A stretch of DNA of 64,000 bases from Alloascoidea hylecoeti (Eukaryota), in NCBI GenBank assembly GCA_001600815.1, contig BCKZ01000008.1, positions 434,001-498,000 of the forward strand, read 5' to 3'. The position numbers and the translations under genes are program-made. This document shows, piece by piece, positions 1-10,409 of the stretch; position 1 is the stretch's first letter, and every line of letters starts with the position of its first letter. Below the pieces are notes generated by a model. It was not told where the DNA came from. It ran no database searches and saw only the letters and a program-made list of their open reading frames with translations.

Positions 1-171
1 GGTGATGATGTTAGTTCACAAGATCCTGTAGATATTGAGGATCTATTCATCAGTGTTACCTGCCACTCTGGTGTTATTAATGGATTTCTAGCTGCTCTTG
101 GACATCGACCTTTTGAAATACAAACCGGTGGATTGATCCCGGTGATAGTTAAAGGGCATAAAGCTCATTAA
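1..171 (+). CDS. 3' end of a histidine-phosphatase / phosphoglycerate-mutase-like protein (PMU1-like); truncated by window edge
   Basis: Frame 1 reads ...FISVTCHSGVINGFLAALGHRPFEIQTGGLIPVIVK...H*, resembling the C-terminal 'S.T.HSG.I...L...GH..F...TGG..P..VK' motif of yeast Pmu1-like proteins. Confidence 0.75.
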   Translation, partial: GDDVSSQDPVDIEDLFISVTCHSGVINGFLAALGHRPFEIQTGGLIPVIVKGHKAH

Positions 172-1553
172 TAATAGATCCAATTAGAAGCAACGAATTT
201 TTATTACGAAAAACGTGTTTTTTTATAATTCTTAGCTAAAGTATATAACATTAATTTAAGATAGAGAAGAAGAAAGTTCTTGTACGAAATTAATATTTAA
301 TTTATGATCATTTAGAAATATATTTTCTAGAAACTAATATAAATCGTTTTATATAATTATAGAAAAAGAAATATTACAGACTTAAGATCACTTAAGCATT
401 GTCATTTTTTACATGCAGAAAATTGGACCAGAATTAAAAACTGGGAATTCGGGCCGATTTTAATATGGTGGTCATGACTTTTTGCAGTAATATTATTTAT
501 AGGTCTATATATAAGTTATATGGATAAGATAATAATATTTAAATGGCGCTACTGTTTTATGTTTGTGGCGGTAATTGGAGCGGAAATTATAATTAAGCGG
601 TTGACCAGAAATATTATCAAGTTGCTAAATTTAAATTATGTGGGAAAATTCTTAAAAAGAATGTAAATTATAAATATGGAAAACAAAAAGAACTTTGTTC
701 ATATAATATCTAATTGCAATATACTAAACTATCATAATTTAACTCAGAAAGGTACCTCCCTTTAGACTTGAAAACCTTTATTTGAGAATATTTCATCGAA
801 ACCTTAACCATTTTCCACTATTCAAAATATAAATGACCCAACTTTCTACAGAGCTAAAGCCGTATCTCACCTATTTGGTAGGATCAGGTCATACATATGC
901 TGAAACTGGTTTTATTGAGAACACCAAACCAACTGGTGAAAAGCCGAAGTTATCTTCGTGAGATCGCAAGGATCAAATAAGAGAATTATAAAAAAGTCAC
1001 ACGCGGCATTCGGCACCGGCTGTTACAGAGACGTTTTAGTGAAAGACTCATTCGTAGGTGTGTATATCAATAAAGTATTATAACCTGTAGCAATATTGAA
1101 TGCATACATTCTACGTATCCCGAAATAAAATTGAGTCAACATCCGGGTCGATTATTACAGCATATGGATGAATATGAATGATTTCCTCAGGTAAATATTA
1201 GTATCTAGATCTATCTAGTTAAAAGTTTTAATGCGAAATCTTATGAAAGGTTAAAAAACTTAAGCTTCGTGCAATATAATTCAATAAATATTCCTATGGT
1301 TCATAAACTGGACAAAAAAAGTTTATAGTAGTTATATCTATCTATTTGAAATAAGGCTGAAATGATATTATGTAATCTATGATCTTCTGGTTGACATTTA
1401 TAAGCAATATTGATTACTGAAAATCCGTTTAGGTCCGTTTATAATTAATATTAATTAGTAAGATGACACACGTGCAGATTACTGCAAATGCGATCTGTCC
1501 ACATCACAAACTTTATTTCCTAGTTTTACCCCAGACTCGGATTTCTAAACACC

Positions 1554-2435
1554 ATGGAAGATTCTAAACCCAAAACGTGTGGTCAATTACAATTAAAAGA
1601 GGATTTTTCATTCAGATTATATACTCATAATATTCGCTACGATAATAAAAATCTTTGGAAAGGAGAATATGATTGGAAAACAGTGCGTAAATATCTTGTA
1701 TCACAGAGTATAAAATTCAATGCACAATATTCCACAATAGTTTGTTTACAAGAAGTTTTAAATAATCAATTAAATGATATATTACATTTACTTAATAAAG
1801 ATAATAATGATGAATGGATTTCATTTGGTGTTGGAAGAGATGATGGCACAACCAAAGGAGAATATTCACCAATTTTATTTAAAAAATCAGAATGGGAATT
1901 AATTAATGGTAAAACATTTTGGTTAAGTGAAACCCCGGATAAACCAAGTAAAAGTTGGGATGCAGCATTAGAAAGGATAGTTACATGGTGTTTTCTTAAA
2001 AATATTAAAACTGGTGTTAAAATTAATATTTTCAATACTCATTTTGATCATAAGGGGATTATTGCAAGAAGAGAATCAGCTAAATTAATTTTAAAAAAGG
2101 CTAAAGAAATTAATGAATTTCCATCTTTTATTACAGGAGATTTAAATACAAAACCGGTTGATGAACCATATTCAATCATTTCAAATGATTCATTTAATGA
2201 TGCAAGAGAAATGATAACAAATGAACATGATAAATACGGATACCTGGATACATGTACTGGGTTTGATGGAAACGGAGACAGTGAACATGAAACAAAGATT
2301 ATTGATTATATTTTTGTACCGGATATTCAATATATTCAGGTTAAGACATTTGCTGTTTTGAATTCAAGGTTTAATGGGGTTTACATTAGTGACCATAGGC
2401 CAGTATCTGCTGATATTAGTATTATAATGAAGTAA
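1554..2435 (+). CDS. Endonuclease/exonuclease/phosphatase (EEP) family protein
   Basis: 293 aa ORF with motifs THNIR, CLQEV, GRDDG..KGEY, NTHFDH, GDLN, IDYIF, SDHRPV. Confidence 0.9.
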   Translation: MEDSKPKTCGQLQLKEDFSFRLYTHNIRYDNKNLWKGEYDWKTVRKYLVSQSIKFNAQYSTIVCLQEVLNNQLNDILHLLNKDNNDEWISFGVGRDDGTTKGEYSPILFKKSEWELINGKTFWLSETPDKPSKSWDAALERIVTWCFLKNIKTGVKINIFNTHFDHKGIIARRESAKLILKKAKEINEFPSFITGDLNTKPVDEPYSIISNDSFNDAREMITNEHDKYGYLDTCTGFDGNGDSEHETKIIDYIFVPDIQYIQVKTFAVLNSRFNGVYISDHRPVSADISIIMK

Positions 2436-3176
2436 TACCCATATGTCATGACCGGAACATCTTGTGACGTTATGGAGTATTGCATTATATTTACCGGAAT
2501 ATCTTGTGACATTGATCCATATTATCATATTATAACTTATAAGTCTAAAATTTGAACAAGAAGATTCCCCCGGATCATCTAGCCATGGATAATATATGCA
2601 TTTAAATCGAATTAATTATAAGATCTGATCTTATAATTATATATACGTAAAAATAAACAAACAGGATACATGTTTTTCCGGTTACATTGATATCATTTAC
2701 TTTTGATTATAAGATCTAGAAACCCAATTAATAAAATATGTTTAAGATTCCCCGTCTCAAAAATGTATTGAAATGACCCTGGATGACTACTTCGTACTGT
2801 CAACCCCATCATTCATAATAGAAAAAATGGATCATAACAAAAATAATGTGGTAGTAGATTTAATATAAAAGTTGATATGGGGTGATGCAACCTCACATGC
2901 ATGGATCCTGCAGTTCTGCAGGTTAATAAGCGGTCGTGCATCACGTGTGCGGGACAGTCCCCGCCAATTGTCGATTTTCTTGTTGAAAGCTTGCGCTCTT
3001 GTTCTTCATCCGGTTAATCTATTTAACTCTAACTTTCCACACTTTTTCCACCCTGTGCTTATAAAGATCCTATTTCCCCCAAGACGTTTTCAAAATCTTT
3101 TTTTTTACTGGTGATATTAATTATAATCCAGTTTATTTATAATCTTTATAATTACAACAATAATCTTCCTATTATA

Positions 3177-4592
3177 ATGACTGCATCTGATTCTCCCTTG
3201 ATTTCAAAAGCAAAAGAAATTGCTAAATTATTCGAAGTATCTTCTGATCTTTTAAATTCCGGTGTTGAACATTTCATTAAATTAGCTGATGAAGGTTTAG
3301 CATCAAACTCCAATAAACGTGGTTTACCAATGATACCAACTTTCGTTACTGGTATTCCAACTGGTAAGGAAAAAGGTGTTTTCTTAGCTGTTGATTTAGG
3401 TGGTACGAATTTCAGAGTTTGTTCAGTTACTCTTAATGGTGATAATACTTTTGAAATGAAACATACTAAACATCCTATTCCAAAAGATTTATTTTCTGGT
3501 TCTGCTGAAGCATTATTTGCATTTTTTGCTGAAAAGATTGATTTATTCATAAAAGAAAATCATAATGAAAATTATCAAAAAGAATCAGATTCAAAAAATG
3601 ATAGATTAAAAGTTGGTTTTACTTTTTCATTCCCTGCAAATCAAACTGCTTTAAATAGAGGTACTTTATTACGTTGGACAAAAGGTTTTAGCATCGAAGA
3701 AGTTGTTGGAAAAGATGTTATTCTTTTATTACAAGAACAATTAGATAAAAGAAATGTTAAAGCTGATGTTGTTGCTCTTGTTAATGATACAACTGGTACT
3801 TTAATGTCAAGAGCTTATTCTTCAAATCCTGAAAAGGATGGTAATACTGTAATTGGTTCAATTTTCGGAACAGGTACAAATGGTTGTTACGTTGAAAAAA
3901 TTGAAAATATTCCAAAACTTGATAAATCAACACTTCCAGCCGGTACAACTCAAATGGTTATTAATACAGAATGGGGTTCATTTGATAATGATTTAAAATT
4001 TTTACCAACAACAAAATATGATGAAATAATTGATCCATTAACACCAAATCCAAAATTTCATATGTTCGAAAAAAGAATAAGTGGAATGTTTTTAGGTGAA
4101 ATTTTAAGACAAGTTTTAGTTGATTTATATAATCAAAAATTAATATTTCAAAATGTTGAAGATATGGGTGAGAAATTTTTTAAACCATGGACTTTTGATT
4201 CTGCAAATATGGCAATTATTGAAATTGATGATTCAACTGATCAAAGATTAACATGTCTTATATTAAATCAATCAATTCATATTTCAACAACAACTGAAGA
4301 AAGAAAAGCACTTCAAATTTTAACTCATGCAATCGCTAAACGATCTGCCTATTTAAGTGCTATTCCATTAGCTGGTTTATTAATTAAAACAAATGCTTTA
4401 AATGAAAATGATTTAGTTGATATTGGTGTTGATGGTAGTGTTGTACAATATTATCCTGGTTTCCAAGATAATGTTAGAGAAGCTTTAAGATTAATTAAGC
4501 AAATTGGTGTTAAAGGTGAAAAGAAAATCGGTATTAATGTTGCAAAAGATGGTTCTGGTGTAGGTGCTGCTTTATGTGCTTCTACTGCTTAA
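3177..4592 (+). CDS. GLK1: Glucokinase/hexokinase
   Basis: ATG at 3177 (MTASDSP...). Motifs LAVDLGGTNFRV, GFTFSFP, VNDTTGT, GTGTNG, INTEWGSFD, FEKRISGMFLGE, AKDGSGVGAA. 'GLPMIPTFVT' and the C-terminus look more Glk1-like than Hxk-like. Confidence 0.9.
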   Translation: MTASDSPLISKAKEIAKLFEVSSDLLNSGVEHFIKLADEGLASNSNKRGLPMIPTFVTGIPTGKEKGVFLAVDLGGTNFRVCSVTLNGDNTFEMKHTKHPIPKDLFSGSAEALFAFFAEKIDLFIKENHNENYQKESDSKNDRLKVGFTFSFPANQTALNRGTLLRWTKGFSIEEVVGKDVILLLQEQLDKRNVKADVVALVNDTTGTLMSRAYSSNPEKDGNTVIGSIFGTGTNGCYVEKIENIPKLDKSTLPAGTTQMVINTEWGSFDNDLKFLPTTKYDEIIDPLTPNPKFHMFEKRISGMFLGEILRQVLVDLYNQKLIFQNVEDMGEKFFKPWTFDSANMAIIEIDDSTDQRLTCLILNQSIHISTTTEERKALQILTHAIAKRSAYLSAIPLAGLLIKTNALNENDLVDIGVDGSVVQYYPGFQDNVREALRLIKQIGVKGEKKIGINVAKDGSGVGAALCASTA

Positions 4593-4984
4593 GCTTAATT
4601 AATATATATGACTTTTGCAATTTGCAATTGATGATTTTTATGCAATTTTGAGTATTGAAATGATTATATATTTGTTTTATTTTTTATATTTATTTTTTAT
4701 ATTTTTTATATTTTTTATATTTATTTAAATTCAGATACTTTTAATAATAATTTTAAAGTAGATGATTAATGGTATAGCTAATACTAGCCAATAGCTTTTA
4801 GATGTGTATCATAATCAATTCGTTCACATTATAGTATTTTACAATACGAATTATTCAATTTTATATTTCGTCCTAATTTTCCGTAAGTTATTTCTTCAAT
4901 CTTTTCCTTGCAATTGATCAGTTGCAAGTCCGAGTTCATGCCCATTATAATTATAATTAATTAATAATGGTAAATTGGTAATAC

Positions 4985-5150
4985 TGTATGTGATAATAAT
5001 TTGATGAATTTAAGATTTAATAGAGAATTATTTAATCACAGCACTTAAAAATAATTAGCTTATTAATTTCGGCATTTATTGCAATTTAAATAGATTTATT
5101 TCGTAGCTTGAATAATTGCTATTCAGCAAATAAATAAGTTGAAATTAGCT
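4985..5150 (-). repeat. Diverged non-coding repeat; inverted copy of ~24735-24925
   Basis: Reverse complement aligns by eye to 24735-24925 (aacttatt..tgct.aatag..attcaag.tacgaaa...gcaataaatg...ctaattatttttt...ttaaataatt.tctattaaatc...aaattattat). Confidence 0.7.
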
Positions 5151-5449
5151 GTAAGAATTGCTGTTAATGCTTCGCTTTCTACATAGATACAGATATATAT
5201 AGATAACCCTTATAGGTAATCAAGCGCTTTTTTCTTTCACCGTAAACTCATATGCATTAGTATACCACATATTTACAGTGTGCATATATATTTCTATTCA
5301 TCTTTCTACATTTATTTATAGTAATAATGCACATTTTCCTTGATATTAATGATTATTACTTTAAGTTAGAAAAAAGAAAAGTCATTAATAAGCAATTTTA
5401 CCCGTGATACCTAAAGACATATGCATAGCTATAATTTTTCTCAAAGATT

Positions 5450-6419
5450 ATTCCTCGGGTTAGCTTGTGTATTCTGGTAAATGATGTTCTGGTATATACT
5501 GCTCATTTATATATAGCGAGACTATAGAATAATGAACCTTTATCAGTACCATACCTTTCTATTTCATTCTCATGATATAATTTAAGAAAAGTTTCTGGAT
5601 CAACAATAGGATCACAATAATTGAAAGGTACTAGATTGTAATTATTATCATAATCCTCTGTTTCCAACCAACACATTGTTGGTTCCTCTTTAAACAAGTC
5701 TCGTAGTAGTAATCTTGTCGATATGGTAGAAAAATTACCTGATAGGATAAGTGCTATAGTATCTTGAACTGAAACCAGTTCTCTTATATATTTTGAATAC
5801 TTAATGAGACTGTTATGTGAAAGCATATTAATATAAAATGCACAAACAATAAAATAATAATTTCCAACTAGTGAGAAATATGTTGCTAATAATAGCTCCA
5901 ATGTAGCACTTTCATTTGCTGCAACCGAATCAAAGTTGAAATGACTTAAAGCACACATATCATCCATCGCTGAACCTCCTACCCTATATTTCAATAATGA
6001 ATCCGGGTTCCGGTTGTAATATATAAATAACATTATTTTTATTCATCATCTTGCGATACTTCTCATAATGGTTGTTCGATGTTATGTTTATGTCTTCAGG
6101 TATCAATGGTAGACCATTCCTTAGTAAAGACCTTTCTTCAAATTTAAAGTAATAATCATCAATATCAGGGGAAATGTGTTCATTTAAATGAACTTCAAAA
6201 GCCTGTTGAGTGGAAATAGCGTTTGAAATTATTTCAAAAAAATAATTTCCTCTCATTTTAATTATCCTGTAATTATGGCTGTATAAATTAATTTGTTCCC
6301 CAATATGATCTCCACTTTTTATATCGGGATGTATATTGAATGGATTCAAAAATGGATTTGTACTTCTATATATTAAGCTTTCAGTTTCAATAATAGGCAA
6401 AGATTCAGTAAAAAGATGG
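5450..6419 (-). pseudogene. 5'-truncated copy of an orphan gene (two overlapping ORFs, 5984-6400 and 5503-6033); left arm of a long inverted repeat
   Basis: The ORFs match 21645-22301 and 22252-22782 on the opposite strand, with one I/M difference seen. Confidence 0.85.
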
Positions 6420-6548
6420 TATTGGATATATAGTTATATAATTAAATTAAAATAGTTTTTGTTATTACATAGTTTCATATATATGGGGTGATATTTATGA
6501 AGATCTTCATTTCCCTTATATATTAGCGAGTTGCCACACTATTTAGTT

Positions 6549-7003
6549 TTAGAAAAACACACGTTCTTTATAACATAAATTTATTACCCTTACAGCGCCG
6601 CTACCATGTTGGCTTATGGGCTCATCTGTGTCGATGTTCTTGGATTGTTTCGGAGGCATAATTGGTAATAAATTTATGTTATAAAGAACGTGTGTTTTTC
6701 TAATTATGCCTCCGAAACAATCCAAGAACATCGCCACAGATGAGCTCATAAGCCAACATGGTAGCGGCGCTGTACCAGAGACAAGTAAGGGTAATAAGAT
6801 CGTTGTCACGGGAACAAACAGATAATCCATTAATAAACTGGATAAACTCAGATCAATGTGAAAGGCAAAACAAAAAATATCGATGAGGAATCAACTCTCA
6901 CCAATCTTGTTTCAAGTACTTAATTTTGATATCGATATTTTTTGTTTTGCCTTTTACATTTATGTCTGAGTTTATCCAGTTTATTAATGGATTATTATCT
7001 GTT
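6549..7003. repeat. Cluster of interleaved inverted repeats built from retroelement pieces
   Basis: A 6549-6588 / A' 6664-6703 (40 bp, perfect); B 6591-6663 / B' 6702-6774 (73 bp, 2 mismatches); D 6822-6884 / D' 6931-6995. Also 6715-6822 is an inverted copy of 10301-10409. Confidence 0.92.
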
Positions 7004-7150
7004 TTGAAAGTGATATTGATATTCTTATATAATAATTCCAGTGTTGGTAATAGTAATTCTAATTTATTAGTACCTAATTCAAGTCCGATGAGTTCGCTTT
7101 CAGTACTTGACTTTGTAATGATACTTTGCTTTTTGGAATACCAACCTACA
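6898..7150 (-). pseudogene. Frameshifted, 3'-truncated remainder of the copia RNase H
   Basis: Alternate frame reads VGWYSKKQSIITKSSTESELIGL...KTDNNPLINWIN...KTKNIDIKIKYLKQDW*. The terminal ADxxTK motif is absent. Confidence 0.85.
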
Positions 7151-9743
7151 CAATTGTAAATATCATTGTTCCAGATGTACTTTTCCTGGTTTCAGGACAT
7201 CCTGCAAAATCTGAATCNACGTATATGGTAATATTTGCAGTTCCATTAGCATTTTCGAATAAATCTTTCTTAATCGTTATTCCAGAATTTTTAGTGTTTA
7301 GCAAATATCTTATTATTCTTATAATGATTTCCCAAGTCTCTTTACTTTCATATTTCGTATCACAATAACGGGACAAATAATTAGTGATATAACTTATATC
7401 TCCTCTATATATATTTGCAATATATAGTAATTTACCGATAGTTTTTCTATAAAGATCACCTGTGTCATAATTTAATGGTGTTAATTCATCACTGTTAATA
7501 TAGTAATTGGGGATATGAGGAAGTTTCGCATTCTTTATTTTACGAATTTCGATATTGTCTGAATTTCTTAATCCAATGATGTCTTTTAAAGAAAGAATAT
7601 CTTTTTCTTTTGTAATCTTAATNGAATCTTTGGAAATATGCATATCAAGTACCAATATACTTAATTCATTACAATCAGTTTCATTCCATTTAATTTCAAA
7701 TTTATTAAGTAAGTTTTTCAAGTAAGTAAGGTCTGATAAATTTTTGTATAAAATCATACCATCATCTACATAGAGAACAATAATAATATTCACTTCTTCA
7801 TTTTGTAATTTAAAAATATTGTTAGCTTCTTTAAATCCATTTTTAATAAANAATGTAGTGATAAAAGTTTGCCAAAGACTTGATCCACGAGCTAAACCAT
7901 ACAAATTTCTTGTNAGCTTATAAATTGGTCTTTTATTTGAAGAAACGTTTAGATTTAATTTTTTATCTAAAGCTTTATGAAATTGAGGACCATATACATA
8001 TACCGGTGAGTCGATTGGGGCATTGATGTAAGCCGCGGTAAAGTCCATAGTAGTGAATTTGTAATCGTATTGAATTCTATAGTTAATCAATGTAAATAAG
8101 CTATCATTTGTTAGGGTGGAGGACTCATAGATTTTGGTAGTGTCCTCTAAATCCCCACGAACGACACATCTTGCCTTTAACTTATCTTTTCTTTCATTTA
8201 GAATCCAATTAGTAGGTAGAATTTTTGTATCAATTAATGGTTCAGTAATAGGTTCNNNNNNNNNNNNNNNNNNNNNNNNNNNNNNNNNNNNNNNNNNNNN
8301 NNNNNNNNNNNNNNNNNNNNNNNNNNNNNNNNNNNNNNNNNNNNNNNNNNNNNNNACGACACATCTTGCCTTTAACTTATCTTTTCTTTCATTTAGAATC
8401 CAATTAGTAGGTAGAATTTTTGTATCAATTAATGGTTCAGTAATAGGTTCAAAGACATTTTTATCNCTCATATGTTTCCATTCTTGGAGCATTGCGGTTT
8501 CATATTTATTGTAATCATCAGTAGTAATATAATTAATATATTTTGTTTGAAATCTTGTTTGTCTTTTACTATAAACTGGATATTTTTCATTTGTATTAAT
8601 TTCCAAATTCTTAATCTTTTTATATGTCTTCGACTTTTCATCGATTATTGGTGAATCTCTTTCAGTTTCTAATTCTTCAGTATTTGTTATTTTATTGACT
8701 CCTTCTAGAGAGATATTAATATTTTGATTTTTGATATTGTTTGCATCTTTCTCTGCATTGTCAGATTCCAAATCATCATTATGTTTTTCATTCTTTTCAA
8801 TGGTTGTTTTCTTTTTGCATTTTCCTTTTAAACAATTCTCACAAGCATCATTCATCTCTTCTTTAAGTTGTTTCTTTTCGAACGATGTCAGAACATCACT
8901 GTTTAGTAATTGATGCTTATTAATGTGAGCATATTTCTCGTGAATGAAATAAATTTTCTCTAGCTCTGGTTGTTTAACCATTGGTTTAATAATTTCAATA
9001 TCCAAACATAAGTGATTATTCATCCTGTTGATTTTAGCAACATTTTTATTATTGTGTGAAATAAAATTGTAATTGGCATATTCTCTAATAAAGTAATTGT
9101 TTTCATATAAATATCTTGTAGAAATTAGATTAGGAATACCGGGAATTATGGCACAGTTTAATGATAATGTTGAATTATCCTTGAATTTAACAACCAAAGT
9201 ACCTTTTCCAATTATTTTGAATGGTTCACCAATAGGGCTTGCAATTTGAGGTAAGTCATTTATGTTAGTACTGACATTGTGTAATAAGTCACAAATATTT
9301 GAATTGATGAGGTTGAAACCAGCACCTGTGTCTAAAATTAGATCGTGATTGGGTTGAAATGTATCAACTTTATTAAAATACCAACCAGGAAGGACAGATG
9401 GNTCAGATTCATCTTTATTCGTGTTTGAGTCAAGTGTTCTATTTGTATTACCTTTCTTGTTTCTTTTTCTTTCTGGACATTCGAAAAAGTAATGTCCTTT
9501 GTTACAGGTTGAACAACGAATATCATTGGTACAATCATCNGTTGAATGTTCAGTTGAGCCGCATCTAAAGCAACGTTTGGGTTTAGATTTAAAATGACGT
9601 TTTTGTCTTGGCTTGTTGTATTTATTCAATGGAGTTTTATTATTTTGTTGTCCGTTTCGTTGACCTGTGGGTTGAGAAGTCTTTGATATATAATCAATAG
9701 TAATGACTTCCTGTTGTTTCAATTGTGATTCAATTGCTAACAT
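7146..9743 (-). CDS. Copia gag C-terminus/pol polyprotein (zinc knuckles, aspartic protease, IN zinc finger, RT, start of RNase H)
   Basis: 865 aa ORF containing Ns. Motifs CFRCGSTEHS.DDC, CSTCNKGHYFFEC, ILDTGA, LYVDD. Confidence 0.88.
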   Translation of the reverse strand: MLAIESQLKQQEVITIDYISKTSQPTGQRNGQQNNKTPLNKYNKPRQKRHFKSKPKRCFRCGSTEHSXDDCTNDIRCSTCNKGHYFFECPERKRNKKGNTNRTLDSNTNKDESXPSVLPGWYFNKVDTFQPNHDLILDTGAGFNLINSNICDLLHNVSTNINDLPQIASPIGEPFKIIGKGTLVVKFKDNSTLSLNCAIIPGIPNLISTRYLYENNYFIREYANYNFISHNNKNVAKINRMNNHLCLDIEIIKPMVKQPELEKIYFIHEKYAHINKHQLLNSDVLTSFEKKQLKEEMNDACENCLKGKCKKKTTIEKNEKHNDDLESDNAEKDANNIKNQNINISLEGVNKITNTEELETERDSPIIDEKSKTYKKIKNLEINTNEKYPVYSKRQTRFQTKYINYITTDDYNKYETAMLQEWKHMXDKNVFEPITEPLIDTKILPTNWILNERKDKLKARCVXXXXXXXXXXXXXXXXXXXXXXXXXXXXXXXXXXEPITEPLIDTKILPTNWILNERKDKLKARCVVRGDLEDTTKIYESSTLTNDSLFTLINYRIQYDYKFTTMDFTAAYINAPIDSPVYVYGPQFHKALDKKLNLNVSSNKRPIYKXTRNLYGLARGSSLWQTFITTXFIKNGFKEANNIFKLQNEEVNIIIVLYVDDGMILYKNLSDLTYLKNLLNKFEIKWNETDCNELSILVLDMHISKDXIKITKEKDILSLKDIIGLRNSDNIEIRKIKNAKLPHIPNYYINSDELTPLNYDTGDLYRKTIGKLLYIANIYRGDISYITNYLSRYCDTKYESKETWEIIIRIIRYLLNTKNSGITIKKDLFENANGTANITIYXDSDFAGCPETRKSTSGTMIFTIV

Positions 9744-10409
9744 TTTTCTTTTTTATTTCTTTTTCAGTTATATTTTGACCAATCATTTCGATTGCAACTT
9801 TCTCGTATTCTGCTTCCAGACTGCTTAGCATCATATTTAATTGGGTGGTTACTGGAAAGATAATACCTTTAGATTTCAATTCCCTAAAGTAACTCAAGTA
9901 TTGACCAATGTATCCGGTTACAGACATTGTGTTGCCGTCNAATGTTTGATTCATCAATTCATGAAGTANTTGACGAGCTGAAATGTCCGGTTTTACACCA
10001 CTAATAATGTTGTCAAATGATACTTTTGCACCATATACTAAGTCTATGAAGTCATTTTGGATGGCTTTATCTGTTGTAGTCATTAGTATGTTCATGACAG
10101 TATCATGTTCTTGCAACTGAGTATCGTTAAGTACATCTTCAGTCGGAAGATCATCATATATTGTTGCGTCCAAGATGTATTCTGATAAGTTCAGTCTTCT
10201 TAATGTTGATTTTATCAGATATTCCCAAGTTTTGAATGATTGGGGGGAACAATCAATGTTAATTTTGGTAGCATTGATAATTCTACCGAATTGATTGTCG
10301 TCTGTTTGTTTCCCGTGACAACGATCCTATTACCCTTACTTGTCTCTGTACAGCGCCGCTACCATGTTGGCTTATGGGCTCATCTGTGGCGATGTTCTTG
10401 GATTGTTTC
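9730..10409 (-). pseudogene. Copia gag N-terminal part, frameshifted
   Basis: Frame is open from 10326 through SFKTWEYLIKSTLRRLNLSEYI (copia gag-like W..L..L motif). The upstream KQSKNIATDEPISQHGSGAV and MLPKLT segments lie in other frames. Confidence 0.7.
10352..10364 (-). promoter_or_regulatory. Primer binding site (initiator tRNA-Met type) directly after the LTR end CAACA
   Basis: Minus strand reads ...GCCAACA|TGGTAGCGGCGCT, a 12/13 match to the complement of the S. cerevisiae tRNAi-Met 3' end (TGGTAGCGCCGCT). Further copies at 6594-6606 (-) and 6759-6771 (+). Confidence 0.75.

Larger units (their letters stand above)
6549..10409 (-). mobile_element. Defective Ty1/copia LTR retrotransposon (gag-PR-IN zinc finger-RT-RNase H); integrase core missing, ends rearranged
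   Basis: Domain order PR-IN-RT-RH; two CCHC knuckles; LDTGA protease; HHCC (HEKYAH...CENC); KARCV, DFTAAY, LYGL, LYVDD; DSDFAG..RKSTSG; WYSKKQ..SSTESE; TKNIDIK. Confidence 0.93.

Noticed and set aside
780..1030. Possible pogo relic (minus-strand NKTSFSI)
   Set aside because: One weak motif only.
8162..8450. Duplicated RT segment EPITEPLIDTK...KARCV
   Set aside because: Identical copies flank a 100-N gap: an unmerged contig overlap, not a real duplication.
9730..9760. Programmed +1 gag-pol frameshift
   Set aside because: The shift falls in an A-run upstream of the zinc knuckles (inside gag), has no CTTAGGC-type site, and the element has other indels; mutation or homopolymer error is more likely.
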